Under the pieces are notes generated by a model. The model did not search any database. It was not told the DNA's origin and saw only the letters and a list, made by a program, of their open reading frames with translations. The translations under genes and the position numbers were made by a program. DNA of 63,999 nt, counting the filler, from Octopus bimaculoides (Eukaryota): assembly GCF_001194135.2 (NCBI RefSeq). It is 4 parts of 4 records of this genome, joined end to end, with 100 filler letters (N's around TTAATTAATTAA, not from the genome) between each part and the next. Parts side by side here need not be neighbours in the genome. Positions count along the whole stretch, not along the records: positions 62,872 to 63,999 come from NW_026390312.1; 3 more parts are not named here. One strand, written 5' to 3'. Numbering within the stretch: the stretch's first letter is position 1; every line of letters begins with the position of its first letter. This document shows positions 62,872-63,999 of the stretch, one piece after another.

Positions 62872-63695
62872 GTCCTGTCACCGCATGCCAGTCAAATCTC
62901 GCTGCTACGATATATTAAATATCAGTATCTTTTCTTAGACACTGATGTCGCAAATCACAATTAATTATTAGCAACAAAAGTATTAATACCAAAAGATAAT
63001 ATTTATATCCAACTTAATATGGATGTTTTGTTAGAACACTGAATACTGTGCTATTAGTCTTGAGAGATCTTCTCATATAGGCGCTTAGTACACAAGAGTA
63101 TACACATACATCATAGCAGACGAGTATTGTCAGTTATGAGCGCCGGAACTCCCATATCACGTGATTTCATTCGTCTAGAAATCATCAATAGGAAGCTATG
63201 CTTTGTTAGACTAGCTTCTCGAAAAAAATGCAAATATTCAACCATTGAGATAAAATCTACATATACAGTAACAAGGGACACTAGCCGACGAAGTTTGAAA
63301 TCGAGTCTGCATTAAGTATGTGTTATAATATATTTAGTAATGCAGTAAACACGGAAAAAAAATTGAAGTGGCATTAATGCTATTAATGGTGATAGCATTA
63401 ATAAGAAAAGTAAAAGTAATATTAACGTTACCAATGAGCAAAACAATAATAATTTTATTAGTAATAATATAAATAATTCCGAACATCAAAATACACCGTG
63501 GTATTATTAGTGGCAGGAAATCTAGTCTGGACTTCTACTAGAATTCCATCAACTTGCATTAAAACTGAGCAGAAGATGACTATAAATGCTTCTACATAAT
63601 CGAAGCATTATTCCAGTCTTAAGAGACTATCATTTTCCCAGGCACTAAATATGAGCTTGAACAGAAGAACCAGCACTATATTATGTGTGTATGTA

Positions 63696-63999
63696 TTAGG
63701 TCATCAAGTATGAAATTTGTAGAAAAGAAAAATAAAGTTTGATAATGTTTTATAAATACAAGGAATAGTTTTATTCATCAAAATATGCACCCATATTGTC
63801 AATACACTTTTGCCATTTCAGCGGTAGCTTGTCCAACCCGGAACTGTAAAAGCCTGGCAATCTAGAGTCAATAAAATCTTGGAAGACCTGTTTTACAGCA
63901 TCGTCGGAATCAAATTTTTTTCCTATCTAAAAGTTATCCAAATTCTGGAAGAAGTGGTAGTCAGTGGGGGCAAGATCAGGTGAGTATGGTTTCCTATAG
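63696..63999 (-). mobile_element. mariner transposase 3' end with TIR (runs off window)
   Basis: KPYSPDLAPTDYHFFQNLDNF*IGKKF..AVKQVFQDFIDSR..FYSSGLDKLPLKWQKCIDNMGAYFDE stop (63771); TA-TTAGGTC terminus. Resembles the Hsmar1/cecropia-type C-terminus (inference). Confidence 0.9.

Overview
Eukaryotic, AT-rich, microsatellite-dense and repeat-dominated draft-genome sequence with roughly 8 kb of N gaps. The SINE families and microsatellite load suggest an octopus or other coleoid cephalopod; this is an inference. No host protein-coding gene, RNA gene or CRISPR array can be supported. Almost all long ORFs in the track are translated microsatellites or N runs. Real coding remnants all come from transposable elements: several Penelope-like elements (RT and GIY-YIG pieces), L1/Tx1 ORF1 and APE endonuclease, CR1/L2-like and RTE LINE ends, R4/Dong-like RLE LINEs, three mariner transposase relics plus a mariner MITE, a hAT-like transposase and a Helitron helicase end. 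At least three tRNA-derived SINE families recur. The most interesting signals are (1) a Penelope-like element bracketed by ~168-bp inverted terminal repeats, each carrying a type I hammerhead ribozyme motif with different lesions so that their consensus is an intact core, plus further minimal hammerhead-like motifs; (2) R4/Dong-like LINEs and one SINE family sitting in (TAA)n arrays; (3) a SINE variant sharing a 42-nt tail with a putative Tx1 3' end; (4) long fold-back hairpins, a candidate solo LTR and tandem Helitron 3' termini. Three identical 44N-TTAATTAATTAA-44N spacers show the window is a concatenation of separate scaffolds, so synteny across them should not be trusted.
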